Below are positions 1 to 14,950 of a stretch of 64,000 nucleotides of DNA, piece after piece. The position numbers and the translations under genes were made by a program. This stretch comes from Octopus vulgaris. Its lineage: Eukaryota. Position 1 is the first letter of the stretch, and each line of letters starts with the position of its first letter. The notes below the pieces were generated by a model, which searched no databases, was not told where the DNA came from, and saw nothing but the letters and a program-made list of their open reading frames with translations. The stretch spans positions 43,276,001 through 43,340,000 of the forward strand of contig OX597819.1 of NCBI GenBank assembly GCA_951406725.2, given 5' to 3'.

Positions 1-894
1 TTCACATCATATATATATATATATATATTCTCTCGCACACATGCATAAGTACCTTCACATCATATATATATATATATATATATATTCTCTCTCTCACACA
101 CTCAAAACACAGGGAGATATATAATCGCTATTTTACAACCTAAACTTCAGAGAAATAAAGATAGGAAAACAGGAGGGGAAAAAAAAAGGCGGTTTCTTAA
201 AAGGAGAAGCAATAAATCTGCAGCAAAGATATATCTGTTACATGTAAAGGTTTAAGGAAGGCCCAAGGCAGGTGGAAACCCACATCCATATAAGATCAAA
301 AGGACAAAAACCGCTTTCTGTGTCACAAGCAATCACTTTTGATAAGACAAGCATTTCATCTATCTCCAGGGGAGAGAATTCACATAGTACAGACACTAAA
401 GGTGATGACATTCCATGAGGGCATACATATGCATATAAAAAGGCATGTGTATGTGTGTCTGAGTGCGGAGAGCACTGACTTGATGCACATGTGTGTGTGT
501 GTGTGTGTGAGAGAGTGTTTAGTTCTGCCTCCTAAACAAACCATCAATCTTCAACATGCTCTTTTCTCACTACAACGTGAGCTTTAATCGTTATACTTAA
601 AATGAAAACTGTGTTTGTTTCACATTTAATGTTTTCCAGAGATTTAAATAAAAGTGACTAAGAGGAAATAGTGAGTGCAGAGGCATGAATGACACACATT
701 CACACGAGCGACACACTCGTGGAAACGTGGCCTTCAGACTCGACGGGAGTCTTTGTAACTAAATATTACGTAACGAAACGTTAATAATTATTAAATTGTA
801 ATATAGAAATAAATTAAATTGCACTAATGAGGAATCGAAAGGTGATACTTGATTCACCAACATATGATAATGTGTGCATGATGATATACCTGTA

Positions 895-925
<31 letters not shown>

Positions 926-1003
926 CAAAATATAAATATACATATATATATCCACACGCGCACACATAAGCACACATATATAGACACAAATATATGCACA
1001 TTA

Positions 1004-1034
<31 letters not shown>

Positions 1035-1239
1035 AACATATATACATATAAATTTATCTATATAGATGTATGCATAAATATAAATATATAAAACTATATA
1101 TAAATGTACAATATATTCATATATATATATATATAAACATATATACATATAAATTTATCTATATAAATGTATGCATAAATATAAATATATAAAACTATAT
1201 GTAAATGTACAATATAATCATATATATATAAATATATAA

Positions 1240-1274
<35 letters not shown>

Positions 1275-1588
1275 CACACACATACATAAATGTGCACATA
1301 AAGATATATATGTACATACATATAAATATATATATAACAATGAAACAATATCTGTAATATATATGTTTATATATAAAAATACTTATACCTATGTATGTAT
1401 ATGTACACATATATATTATATATACACACACATATACATACACACATTGCAGTATATATATATATATAAATATACAAACACATACGTTGCAGTAATATAT
1501 ATATCATATTTATCAACTAGAAAGAACTACAATCATAAACTAGAGTATACGTGCTGAAGAAACATGTATATAAAATAACAAAACCATA

Positions 1589-1638
<50 letters not shown>

Positions 1639-2093
1639 TATCAATCATAAAATACCATTTAGTATGGGTATTTACCACACATGTGTATGTGTGTGTGTGT
1701 ATATATGTATGTATGTATATATATATATATATAAAAATACACGCACACATATATAACGTGAGAAAATGTCTCATATATTTAGATAAAATTTGCACATACT
1801 CAAAAATGTGTATTAAACTCATTATACAAAGTACATAAACACTGGATAGATGATATAATATTCACAGAGACGAGATTTATTTTTGTCTAAAGTGTAGCCA
1901 TATAAAAACAATATTTAATATAGACATATTTCAGGAAACACATAAGCATGTTGGTGTGATTCAGGAATTATTCTTGTGTATGAAGTATTAATTAAAATGC
2001 AATAGGTGTGTATGAAACCAGATAAACACATATGCTTTACTGCGTACATAATATAGTTAGATATTCCAGTCAATATGTATGTATGTATATATG

Positions 2094-2137
<44 letters not shown>

Positions 2138-2814
2138 TACATACATACATACATACATACATACACATGCATATATATGAATATATATATATGTTTATAG
2201 ACAGATATACATACATATATAAATATATACGCACACACTCATTTGTTTCTATGCAGGAAGATAAAACCGACGAGAAATGAAATCAAGTGTTTTATTATAT
2301 TATATTCAACCTCGAAAGTAGTATATACAGTTTTTCAATAAAATATAAAGCATGTTTAAATCTTTGAAAACAGTTTTAATACATCTCAAGTAATTAATCT
2401 CAATAAAGGCCTTTAGATCTTTTTACACACAACTTATACCGCAGACACACACACATGTATACATGTGTGCTCTGCATATATATATATATATATATTATAG
2501 CATTTGGGGGGGTGTACACACACACACACACAGACAAATATAATTATATTCACATATATACACATATATTCTTTCAAATAGATGTAAATATATATATATA
2601 TATATACACATACAAATATATTTTCATACAAACATATATACATAACATACATATTTATATATAAGCATATACCTATGTACTTCCGTATGTGTGCGTATAC
2701 ACATATCTACCTATAGCTATCTATCTATATATATTTACATATATAATATTAGGTGGTGTAGGTATAAGTCTTAATAAAATAATGCTTACACACTCTTATA
2801 CTCCCAAAGAATTG

Positions 2815-2941
2815 GTGGGCCCAAGATTATTGTAGAAAACACTTGCCTAAAATGGCCTACAGTCAGACTGATTCTGCTAAGTTATGGGGACACAAATAAA
2901 CTAACACCTATTTTCAAGCAACAGGCAGAAACAAAACACAA

Positions 2942-3002
<61 letters not shown>

Positions 3003-3213
3003 GTGTATATATATATATGTCAATATGTATATATACATATATATGTATATATACACACACAGAGGCTTCTTTTAATTTCCTTCTACAAAATTTACTCACA
3101 AGATTATGGAAGACACTTGCTCAAGGCACCATGAAGTAGGACTAACGTCACTAAGTTGCAGGGACACAAACAAACAAACACCTGTTTTCAAGTCATGGTC
3201 AGGAACAAAACAA

Positions 3214-3276
<63 letters not shown>

Positions 3277-3450
3277 CATACACATACATGATGGGCTTCT
3301 TTCAGTTTCTGTCTACCAAATTCACTCAAGGCTATAGTAGAAGACATTTGCCCAAGGTGCCATGCAGTGGGACTGAGTCCGCTAAGTTGCAGGGATGTAA
3401 ACATACCAGTACCAGTTGCTAAGCAGCTGGGAGCGGGAGAGGGAACAAAG
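2815..3450 (-). mobile_element. Three tandem degenerate SINE family A fragments
   Basis: Repeated agaagacacttgcccaagg..ctaagttgcaggga..aacacc modules separated by microsatellites. Confidence 0.65.
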
Positions 3451-4179
3451 CACATATACACACACACACACGTATTTAAAATGTTTATTCCAAACTAAGT
3501 CCACATGAGTAACTACTTAGAGTCAGTCAGTCTCACTAACTCAGCTTTGAACAAATATTATTAATCCACTCTAACATTTTCAAGTACACTCTGACTTGTG
3601 ACCCAAACACACAGGAATACACACACACACACACACATGCAGTGGTCTTAAAAATTTATTTTCTTTTTTGATTTACTACTTCACCTTTAAATTTCCTGCC
3701 TATCCTTTTAATAAGGTGAGAAAAAAGATATGCAATAAAATTTGGGTGTAGGTTGCAAAAGAATCAATCACTCGATGCCCATCCTGATACCAACCCATGC
3801 ATAAATTTCAAAGCCACAAACAATTTTTTTATGCCATTACAGATCACAAAGTAGCAGAAAAAATATTCTTCGGGAGTCCTTAGCCAAGCTGCCACTGTTG
3901 AAAGGCATGGTGAAACAAACACATATTGACATATGCAGGTACACACACACACACCTGTATAAACCATCATCAACATTTAACGTGCACCTTTCCAGGCTCG
4001 CATGTATCAGAGAGAATTTGCTGAGATGGATTTGCCCTTGGTGTTGCCCACCATCACCTGTTTCCAGTCGAGCTAATATTTCCCTATGGCCAGATATGTT
4101 TTTTTCATAGGAGATCAGAAGCAAACAACATCGCTTATATAAGACAGAGATGCATATTTACCAATTCAAAGCCACGATG

Positions 4180-4402
4180 GTTTCAATTTTGGCACAAAGC
4201 CAGCATGTTTGGGGACAGGGGGCCCTAGTCAATTATATCGAACCCAGTGTTCGACTGGTAGATCTTTCATCAACTCCCCGCACCAAAAGACTGACAGGCA
4301 AAGTCAACTTTGGTGGAATTTGAACTTAGGATATAAAGGCGGATGAGATGCCTTTAAGCATTTTTCGCGGTGCGCCAACGATTTGGCCAGCATGCCGCCT
4401 TA
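4180..4402 (-). mobile_element. SINE family B, older copy
   Basis: ggcaaagtcaactttggtggaatttgaact..gccagcatgccgcc. Confidence 0.7.
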
Positions 4403-4614
4403 ATTAGTTACAACCATAATGATGTTAAAATACACACACACACACACACACTATTCCTTCAGTTACTGCCCATTGAATCCACTAATAAGGCTTTCATTGG
4501 CCCGGGGCTAAAGTAGAAAACGTTTGCTCATGGTGCTATGCAGTAGGACTAATCTCAAACCCGCATGGATGGGAAGTAAGCTACATACTATACGTAATGT
4601 TTGGATGTCTGTAC

Positions 4615-4662
<48 letters not shown>

Positions 4663-4726
4663 GTACAAACACCTTTATATATATGGCACAAACACCCAAA
4701 TGCAAACCAACAACAGATATATATAT

Positions 4727-4960
4727 ACCTATTTCTTTACTACCCACAAGGGGCTAAACACAGAGGGGACCAACAAGGACAAACGGATTAAGTCGATTAT
4801 ATCGACACCAGTGCGTAACTGGTACTTATTTAATCGACACCCGAAAGGATGAAAGGCAAAGTCGACCTCGGCGGAATTTGAACTCAGAATGTAGCGGCAG
4901 ATGAAATACCGCCAAGCATTTCGCCCGGCATGCTAACGTTTCTGCCAGCTCGCCGCCTTT
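4727..4960 (-). mobile_element. tRNA-derived SINE family B (Nin/Deu-like domain), young copy
   Basis: Reverse complement reads ggcggcgagctggcagaaacgttagc..gagttcaaattccgccgaggtcgactttgcctttcatcctttcggg..taagtaccagtt. It has A/B boxes and a segment resembling the Nin/Deu SINE domain. Confidence 0.88.
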
Positions 4961-5091
4961 AACAAGGCATATATACCAAGCCTAACTTCATTTATATTGG
5001 GTTAGATCAATTCAACAGGAAGTGACTTGAATGCAATTAGAAATGACAAAGGAAACATTTTAACCATACACCAGGACATTAAATGATGAAG

Positions 5092-5133
<42 letters not shown>

Positions 5134-5631
5134 TATAAATATGCGTATGTATGTGTGTGTGCGCGTATATCTGATGGAACAGGAGATTCATGTTTTTCTA
5201 AACACATTTTTATTTAAAATGTGACTCTGGGTTTGATAATCAAAGTCAGGCCCTTTCATAGGCTTTAATGCGCTAAATCCCTTTTTCTCTTGAACATGTG
5301 CCACTGAAATTGGGGTGCGTCTATTTATGCCTGTGCTTCATTTATGCACCTGAAATAAGGTGCATAGCCAACATGGATATATATATATATATATACACAC
5401 ACACATATATATGCATGTATATATACATACATGTGTGTATGGATATGTGTACACACACACTACTTCAGTTGTTTTACATGTGTTCCATACCAGCATGGGT
5501 TAGATGCTCATACTGAGGTATTGGTTTTGCAGCTTGATGCCTTTCCTGTCACTAACCCTTACTTAAATTTTCAAGTTATCTCATATACATATAAGTGTAT
5601 GTACACATAAATATATTATATAAGTACATAT

Positions 5632-5862
5632 AGGTGGCGAGCTGGCAGAATAATTAGCCATTAGCATGCCAGGGAAAATGCTTAGCGGTATTTCGTCTGT
5701 CTTTATGTTCAAATTCTGCCACGGTCGACTTTGCCTTCCATCCTTTCGGGGTCAGTTAAATAAGTACCAGTTACGCACTGGAGTTGATGTAATCGACTTA
5801 AACCCTTTGTCTGTCCTTGTTTGTCACCTCTACGTTTAGCCCTCTGTGGGCAATAAAATAAA
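5632..5862 (+). mobile_element. SINE family B copy
   Basis: Reverse-complement homologue of 4727-4960. Confidence 0.88.
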
Positions 5863-6289
5863 TATATAGGTACATTGTGTGTGTGTGTGTGTGTGTGCGC
5901 ACAGTATTTACATAAACACTTCTAAACATATAAATGAATGTAATTTTTATATATGCACATACACATACATATATATATAAAACACTGGAAAAATGTGTAT
6001 TTGTAAATATACATATACTATATACATATTAGTCAAGTCATACATAGCACAAAGCTCACAGACCGTGACTACTGCAGAGTGCAAATGTAAACAAACACAC
6101 ATACATATATAATTAACCTCATTCAGACATCACATGCCAAACTCTCTCAAAAATGCTCTGGCTGACCAAAGGCCTGAGGTGCCATGCAGTAGGACCTGAA
6201 CCCGGAACGGCCCAGTCAGGAAGTAGTAACCTTAGCCATTGTGTTCGCCCACCAAACATAAGCGTCATCTATAAATATATGCATGTGTG

Positions 6290-6338
<49 letters not shown>

Positions 6339-6519
6339 TATGCACATATGTGGATATATGCACAAATATATACATTTTTATGCATACATATATGTGTGCG
6401 CACACACATAAATACACATAGGTGTGAGTCTATACATTTTTTTATAACTTTATTAAATGTTTGTTTTTTTTAATGAGAAGTTATATAACTTTTTTCTCTT
6501 TCTATTTCTATTTCAACTT

Positions 6520-6885
6520 ACTTGCATCAGCCAACCATTGAACCAAGGCCATGTTGGGGCACTGCACTGAAGGGTGTAGTTGTATAAATCAACAGCAGGA
6601 CTAATACTCATTTTAAGCTTAGTAATCCATACTATCATCTCTTTTGCCAAACTGCAAAGCTATGGAGACGTAAACAAACCAACACCACTTAACTGGAGTT
6701 GGATGGACAGAGACAAACACAAACACCCGCACAATATATGGCATGGTACTACACTGTTTTCATCAGCCATATTTACTCACAAGGCATTGGCTGGCCTGGC
6801 ACTATAATAGAAAACACTTGCCAAAGGCGCTGGCGCTGTGCGGCAGTAGCAAAACCGAAACCATATGGTTAAAAAGTGAGCTATC
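6520..6885 (-). mobile_element. Degenerate SINE family A copy
   Basis: ggccatgttggggcactgc..ttactcacaaggcattgg..gaaaacacttgccaaagg. Confidence 0.65.
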
Positions 6886-7104
6886 TTGATGAAGTATGGA
6901 ATACTTTTCAGTCGAGAAAATTCTAAGTTTTACAGGGAAAAAGTTAACAATAACTTGGGAGTTTCAGCAGGCCTGCCTTAATCAGATGAATTATATGTGT
7001 GTATATGTAGGTATTTAAAAAAATTTTTTTTATTTATTTATCTAGTTTCAGCTCACAAGCCGTGACCATGCTGGGGCACCGCCATTTGGTGCATGAGAGA
7101 GTTC

Positions 7105-7159
<55 letters not shown>

Positions 7160-7303
7160 GTGTGTGTGTTCATATGTGTGTGTATGTATATACATATACA
7201 CACACATATATATGTATACATATATACAGATGTATATATATATATGTATATACATATACACACATATGTATATATCTATACATATACACGTGTGTGTGTG
7301 TAT

Positions 7304-7335
<32 letters not shown>

Positions 7336-7440
7336 TACATACACACACACAAATATATTTATATATATATATATGAATATGTAATGTATATAAATATCCG
7401 TGTGTATGTGTGTATATACTAGTATATATATCTATATATG

Positions 7441-7479
<39 letters not shown>

Positions 7480-7559
7480 AATTAATCCTAAAAAATATAA
7501 TGCAGAAAAAACCAAGAACGCAAGGACGCGATACATGCAAAATATGTGTGTGTATATAT

Positions 7560-7755
7560 ATGTCGTTTTTTTTCTCTATCCCTGTTGCCCGCTTTGGGAT
7601 CTTTCTTTCCTCTCTCTTCCTTCTTTATGTTTACGACGAAGAGCTCCGCTCGAAACGTCATACCTCCCTGCTTCCATTTCCTGAGCGCCTATTAATAATA
7701 ATACTGTAATTGTTCCATTGTTGTTGTTTTTTTGTTTTCCCGTTTGGATTAAAAT
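7560..7755 (+). mobile_element. Penelope-like pLTR remnant with degenerate hammerhead
   Basis: acgacga agagc tcc gctc GAAAC GTC at 7633-7659, followed by cctgagcgcctattaata. Confidence 0.5.
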
Positions 7756-7781
7756 TATATATATATATATATACATATACT

Positions 7782-8350
7782 ACTCTTTTACATGTTTCAG
7801 TCATTTGAGTAGCTATGCTGGAGCACCACTTTTAGTCAAACAAATCAAGCCCAGGGTTTATTCTTTGGAAACCTAGTGCTTATTTGTTTGCTCTCTTTCG
7901 CCATACCACTAAGTTTTGGGACATAAACACACCAACATCAGTTGTCAAGCGATGGTGAAGGGACAAATAGAGACACTAAGAGACACACACATAAATACAC
8001 AGGGTTGCCAATAAAGTCACTAGGCATTTACTTATAATAAAAAAGTAAGTCACTGTATAGTGACTTTATTGCTACCCTGTATATATGTATGTGTGTATAT
8101 ATATATATACATATGAAATATATATATATATATGTATGTGTGTATATATATATATATACATATGAAAAATATATATATATATATATATATGCGATGAACT
8201 TCTTTCAGCTTCCGTGTAGCATATTTACTCACAAAGCCTTGGTCAGCCCGAGGCTAGAGTAGAAGACACTTGCCCAAGGAACCATGCAGTGGCACTGAAC
8301 CCAGAACCATGTGGTTGGGAAGCAAGCTTTTTACCACACAGCCGCCACGC
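7782..8350 (-). mobile_element. SINE family A copy with MITE insertion
   Basis: Homologous to 17668-18063 along its length. Confidence 0.85.
8000..8079. mobile_element. 80-bp Tc1/mariner-type MITE nested in a SINE
   Basis: TIRs cagggttgccaataaagtcacta / tagtgactttattgctaccctg, with TA on the right flank. Inserted in the internal microsatellite of the SINE at 7782-8350. Confidence 0.7.
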
Positions 8351-8771
8351 ATAGTTTATATCTATGTATATGTGTTTATGTATATATATATATAGATATA
8401 TATTTATATATATATATGTGTGTATGTATACATATATGTGTGTATATACATATATATGTATATAAACATATATATAAAACAGACATACATGTATGTATAC
8501 TGATGAATATATACATGCATTTTATACATGTACAAATTATATATACACACACACACACACATGAATATATACATACGTATAATCAAAACACAAATTTATT
8601 CATGCCTATTTGTGTAACTTTCAAAATGTAATTATTACATACGCATGTGTATGTATATACATACGTACGTATATTTACTACAATTTAACATTTGTATAAA
8701 TCCTATATACATAATCATATATTTGTTAGGTATATATCTATTCTATATATGCATAAATTTTTTGTGTGGAT

Positions 8772-8832
<61 letters not shown>

Positions 8833-8885
8833 TATATATATACACACACATATATATATATACACATATATATATATACACACAC

Positions 8886-9014
<129 letters not shown>

Positions 9015-9033
9015 CATACATACACACAGGCAC

Positions 9034-9078
<45 letters not shown>

Positions 9079-9080
<2 letters not shown>

Positions 9081-9497
9081 GCACAACTTCATAAGCCAGC
9101 CCCATACTCAACTCGTCCTGTCGAAAGACCCTTGTCCTACGTCCTGGTTTTGTTTTGTTGTTTATTTTTTATTTTTACCGTTATTGTTTTTACGTTTTTG
9201 TATTCTTATTGGTGTCACGTATTCTGTATTTTTGTTCGTGTACTTCGTTCGTTTTCCGTCCTCGTGTTGTATACATTCGAAGCTTTCTTCCAGGGGATCT
9301 AATGCGCTTGGCTTAGATTTCCTTGGCGGGCTGCCCATATCGGAGCAATCTCAAGATTAATCAGCCGAAATTGCTAAGATGATCTGGTTCTTGACTGATG
9401 ACTGAGGGCTTCGAATGTCCCGTCCTGTGGTTCTTGTGTCGTCTCTGTGGTGTTTCATGTTCTTGTCCATGTCTGTAATTATTTTTACTGTTTACCT
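9079..9497. mobile_element. Unclassified insertion (about 420 bp) in a TA microsatellite, flanked by a long direct duplication
   Basis: Complex sequence between (TA)n tracts. catacatacatacacacaggcacacaaata occurs at both 9011 and 9519. Confidence 0.5.
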
Positions 9498-9541
9498 ATA
9501 TATATATATATATATCTACATACATACATACACACAGGCAC

Positions 9542-9582
<41 letters not shown>

Positions 9583-10203
9583 TATATACATACATATATA
9601 TATACACACATACATATATATACACACATACATATATATATAGATATATATACATACATATATATATATATACACACATATATATACATACATATATATA
9701 TATACACACACACATACACCTGTGTGTTCTGTGTTCCTCTGTGTGTTCACAGACACACACACACACATATAAATGTATGTATATAGGTATGTTTGTATAC
9801 CCGAGAAAACATTATGCAGCAAAGTGTCAAAAGAACAAAAGTAAGGCAATAAAAAAAAAACGAACACACGCACACACTGATGTCAACGCAAGTCCTTGGG
9901 TGCACGCACACACACACACACACACACACACAAATACAATAGTACGAAATTACAAAGCAGGAAAGAAACTGAAAGTATTCCTTTCTGTAATAAAGTTGAA
10001 ATTCACATGAGAAAATGTAAGCAAAAGACTGATTTTCGAGACTAAAATACGTCAGTTGGCGGGGGTTGAAGGAAACGGATAGGGAGTCACACAGTGGCCC
10101 TTTTGTTATCGAATGATAAAAATACCAAATAAAGAAAACTAATAAAAATGCCATATATACACATATATATATATATATCTACAAATATGAGAAAGTATGT
10201 GTC

Positions 10204-10255
<52 letters not shown>

Positions 10256-10641
10256 GTAAAAAATAGATTTAAAAAATAGGGAGACCATTAGAAAGATAAT
10301 TATTCTTCGAATAAATTTGCATCTAATTAAACTTGTGGAGACAAACTTGGAAGAAAAAAAAAAAGCTGCCTCCTAACCCTTGGTGGTGTTTTAAAAATCA
10401 CACACACACACACACACACACAATAAATTAATAGAAAATAGGTTTTAGAAATAAAAATAAAAGAAAAGGATAGAAGATAAATAAACGAAGAAAATAAAGA
10501 AGGGGCTGGAATTGAATGCTATCAATTTGTCTTGCCCAGTTCAGCCGAGTGTAAAAATTGGATACTAATACAGGAGGAAAGGCGAGAGAAGTCAAGAGAA
10601 AGAATGAGGAAAAAGAGAGGGGGGGAGAAGCGTAAGGATGG

Positions 10642-10697
<56 letters not shown>

Positions 10698-10936
10698 AAT
10701 AATACAGAAGGAAAAAAAAGGGGAGACAGTGATGGAGGTGATAAGGGGGTATGGCGAGTTCATTTCTATTGAAATGAAGAGAGACAGTGGTTATCTCATG
10801 TGAAAATTCTCAGCAAACAAAGGCCGACCGTAGAAAATGAAAACTAAACTAAAATAAAATAAAATAAAATAAAATAAAATATAAAAGTTGGTCCGTCTTT
10901 CCCCCTCCTCCTTTTTTTGGAAGAGAAAGAGAGACA

Positions 10937-10976
<40 letters not shown>

Positions 10977-11924
10977 CTATAGTGCCAAAGTAGAGATAAC
11001 TTGCTTAACTAATAAATATGCAAGTTTTTGATTTGGCGGTCCGGTAATGGTGGTGGTATACAGCCGTTGGTGTTGGTGTTGGATGTTGATGTTGATGTTC
11101 GTATGGACGCTGATTGTGGGCGTAAGAATCGTGTCATGAAGATGACGGGATGGAGGTGAAGAAAGTGGGGGAAAAAAAACACACACACACGCACATAGGT
11201 GTGTGTGTTTGTTTGTTCAGTTATAGTGGAACTATGATCGAATATTGTTAGCCACGAATGACCATCCCGTCATTTTAGGGGATATACAAGGAACTTACAG
11301 TTACCTAATGTGCTACTTTCATATCTAAGATGCGATTTGGGAAATTTTGGCTGTTATTTCTAGCCGGTCGAGCAGGGTCTATTGTTGACTCGTGTATGTT
11401 TATGTTTGTACGAATGCGTGCACACACACAGACACACACAACTCATCCCAAGAGAAAGGGTTACGCCTGAAATTATCTAATTCATAATCCCCGTCTTGGT
11501 CAATTTTATATTTGCCCGCGTATACATACATAATATACACAAATAAGTAAGAATAAAGCTTTCATCATTTCGTAAAGATTATATCAGTGATGTAAATCAA
11601 CTGAAACTGGTTTAAGAATCGAAACCCGAAATGACAGATTCGGCTCAGCCAAATTCAGTCGTCCGCAAAACAACTAAATCTCTTTCCTTTCATACTCTAT
11701 TGTCTTTTAAAAATAGAATAAATGTGTGTATATGTATATGTGTGTGTGTATATATATATATATACACACATACATACACACACACACATATATATACATA
11801 GATATATACATATATATACAATTTAAAAATAGGATAAAATCTTTAAAAGAATTTATCAAGTCGTCAGCGTGAAAAACATCATAAGGGAAAAATTATTAAT
11901 TATTCCCTTTAAATATATTTATTT

Positions 11925-12053
11925 ATATTAAGGGCATTACTATACATAAATGCCTCATGCTACGAGGGACTCTTAAAGTCAAAATTGTGGTAGTTTTTAC
12001 TTTAAGAGTCCCTCGTAGCGCGAGGCATTTATGTATAGTAACTCCCTTAATAT
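11925..12053. repeat. Long hairpin / inverted repeat (about 58-bp arms, short loop)
   Basis: attaagggcattactatacataaatgcctcatgctacgagggactcttaaagt pairs with actttaagagtccctcgtagcgcgaggcatttatgtatagtaactcccttaat. Confidence 0.85.
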
Positions 12054-12088
12054 ATATATAAATAAAAATATGTATGTATGTATGTATG

Positions 12089-12143
<55 letters not shown>

Positions 12144-12713
12144 GAATATATGAACTTCATTCTATAATAAGGTACTACTAATGTCCAACAAGAGTTGTCC
12201 CGGGACGATACAACTGTAACGTTTACTTATATCAGAGGCCAATTTCTATAATTAGATGGAGCAAAGCCGATAAACTAGAATCGAGTGTAATTATTATCAT
12301 GAAGATATTTTTTGCAATTAGGTACCGAAAGGATTCGAAATCAGAAAGGCGAGTGTTCGTCCATCCAGTCCAATTTATAAATATTTCACGAAGAAAAGGT
12401 GCAGAGGTGTTTTTCAACCCCTAGGTCTTGATGCCATCACTTCTTACTTCGATTGATCCGAGTTAATCCCTCCCAGCCGTGACTGTCCCATTCTGTCTTA
12501 ACCTTTTACTGGGCTTCAAGGAATACACGTGTCTTTTTGTTTTTCAGACGGTAATATGTAATTTAAGAGAGATTTGGCTGTTATTTCTACCAGGTTAACT
12601 GACCACTTAGTAACTTCAATTAATATGTGGTGATCGCCTGCTCTATCTTGGCACAATGAAAGAAAAAAATCGGCGATAAACAGCAAGTGATAACGATGAT
12701 TGTTAATACTGAA

Positions 12714-12915
12714 GGAGGCGAGCTGGCAGAATCGTTAGCACATCGGACAAAACAGAATTTAATCTGCCGCTTAACGTTCTGAGTTCAGACTCTGCCGGGG
12801 TCGACTGTGTTTGCGTCTTTATCTTTATCTTTTCACGTATCTTTTCTGAAGACCGATGTAATCACCAAACACCCTCTCACTTAAAATTGCTGGCTATGTG
12901 CCAATTTGCAAATTA
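12714..12915 (+). mobile_element. SINE family B, degenerate
   Basis: ggcgagctggcagaatcgttagc..ttctgagttca. Confidence 0.7.
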
Positions 12916-13385
12916 TGACAGCAGTGATATATAATTTATATTAGTGGCCATTAAAAAAAAAAAATTTGGTTATGGGATTTTTTAAATAAATATTGCAAAA
13001 ACATGGATTCATACACACTCACACACCTGTATGTATATACTATACATTTAAATACACGTGCGTGCATACACACACACACACGTGTATACACATTACATAT
13101 ATATACATATTTGTGTGTGTATAATATATATATCGTATACATACACATATGTTCATACACACATACATACATACATACAGACAGACAGAAACGAGTGTTT
13201 GTGTGTATGTGTGTGGTATACAAGCATCAGACGGAAATGGGAAGCTAGCGAAAGAACGGTGGTGTTTGCTAACGACATTAAGTAGCATAGGTGAATTGGA
13301 AATAATTTTCAATTCAGGAATAGAGACTCGAACAGCGAGTGGTGCTAGACACCATAACTTTAATAATCTAACTATAGATTTTATG

Positions 13386-13427
<42 letters not shown>

Positions 13428-13569
13428 GCCCCACACACAGTTCTCGTTGTAGCACTTGTTTAATCCCGGGTTGCTTGCTCTTGATCAAGCGGGAAATAAA
13501 TGAAGATCAAAGCCACTCCAGACGTGAACATCACATTCGTTTTGTCGTCTTTTTGTTTTTCACTGGTTT

Positions 13570-13793
13570 CTAAACCACTGGAGTGTGGCCATGCTAAGGC
13601 ACCACCCTTGAAGGGTTAAGTCGAACAAATCGATCCCTTTTTTTTTTTCTTTCTTTTTTTTTTTACTTAAATCTGGTACTTATTCTATTTGGATCTTTTG
13701 CCGAACCGCTAGGTTACGGACGTGCAAACAAAATAACACCGGTTTATTAAGCCGTAGTGGAAGACATTATACACACACATGTATGTATGTATG

Positions 13794-13833
<40 letters not shown>

Positions 13834-14003
13834 CAAATACAAATGCACCCCCATGCAGGCTTCTTTCAGTTTCCACGTAAATCCACTTGCAAGTAAGGCT
13901 TTGGTTGGTCCGAGGCTATAGAAGACACTTGCCCCAAGGTACCACACAGTGGTACTGAACCCGGAACCATGTGGTTGAAAAGGAAACTTCTTACCACACG
14001 CTG
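13570..14003 (-). mobile_element. SINE family A copy
   Basis: gccgaaccgctagg..ttctttcagtttcc..gaacccggaaccatgtggttg. Confidence 0.85.
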
Positions 14004-14414
14004 ACACCTTTTTTTGTTTTTTCAAGCAGTTTATCCCTGTCTAAACAATGAGATAAGCTGTTCCTTAAGATGTGATTTAAAGGAGATTTGGCAGCTATTT
14101 CAATCAAGCAGGTCGTAGAAGAAGAAAAAAAAAACATCTAGTGGCGATGGGGACGTCTCGTTGACACAACATAGGGAACTTATTTACTTCCAAGGTGTGG
14201 TACGGGGAGAAGTTGCAACATCCATGCCTCACCTCCTGAGAGAAGTAATGGTGTGGGTGTAAGTGAAGAACTTGAAGGAGGCGAAGGTGTTGAGAATCGC
14301 GATTAAGTGGCTCTCATTTATTCCATTGACAAGATAAAGACGCAAACACAGTTTAGATAAATTGATGGATAGGCAGATAAATATATATTGCTAAATTGAT
14401 AACGATTCATAGAT

Positions 14415-14738
14415 ATGAGTATACACACACATACATATATATATGCATACATACATATATATATATACATATATATATATATGCATACATACATATATAT
14501 ATATATGCATACATACATATACATACATACATATATATATATATATACATACATATATATATATATATACATACATATATATATATATATACATACATAT
14601 ATATATATATGCATACATACATATACATACATACATATATATATATATATACATACATATATATATATATATACATACATATATATATATACATACATAT
14701 ATATATATACATACATATATATATATACATACATATAC

Positions 14739-14772
<34 letters not shown>

Positions 14773-14912
14773 ACATACATATATATATATATATACATAC
14801 ATACATATATATATATACATACATATATATATATACATATATATATATATACATATATATATATACATACATATATATATACATACATATACATACATAT
14901 ACATACATATAC

Positions 14913-14950
<38 letters not shown>

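Noticed and set aside
10977-11194. S/T/N/P-rich minus-strand ORFs as an alternative TCF exon
   Set aside because: Low-complexity sequence with no convincing splice sites and no recognisable homology.
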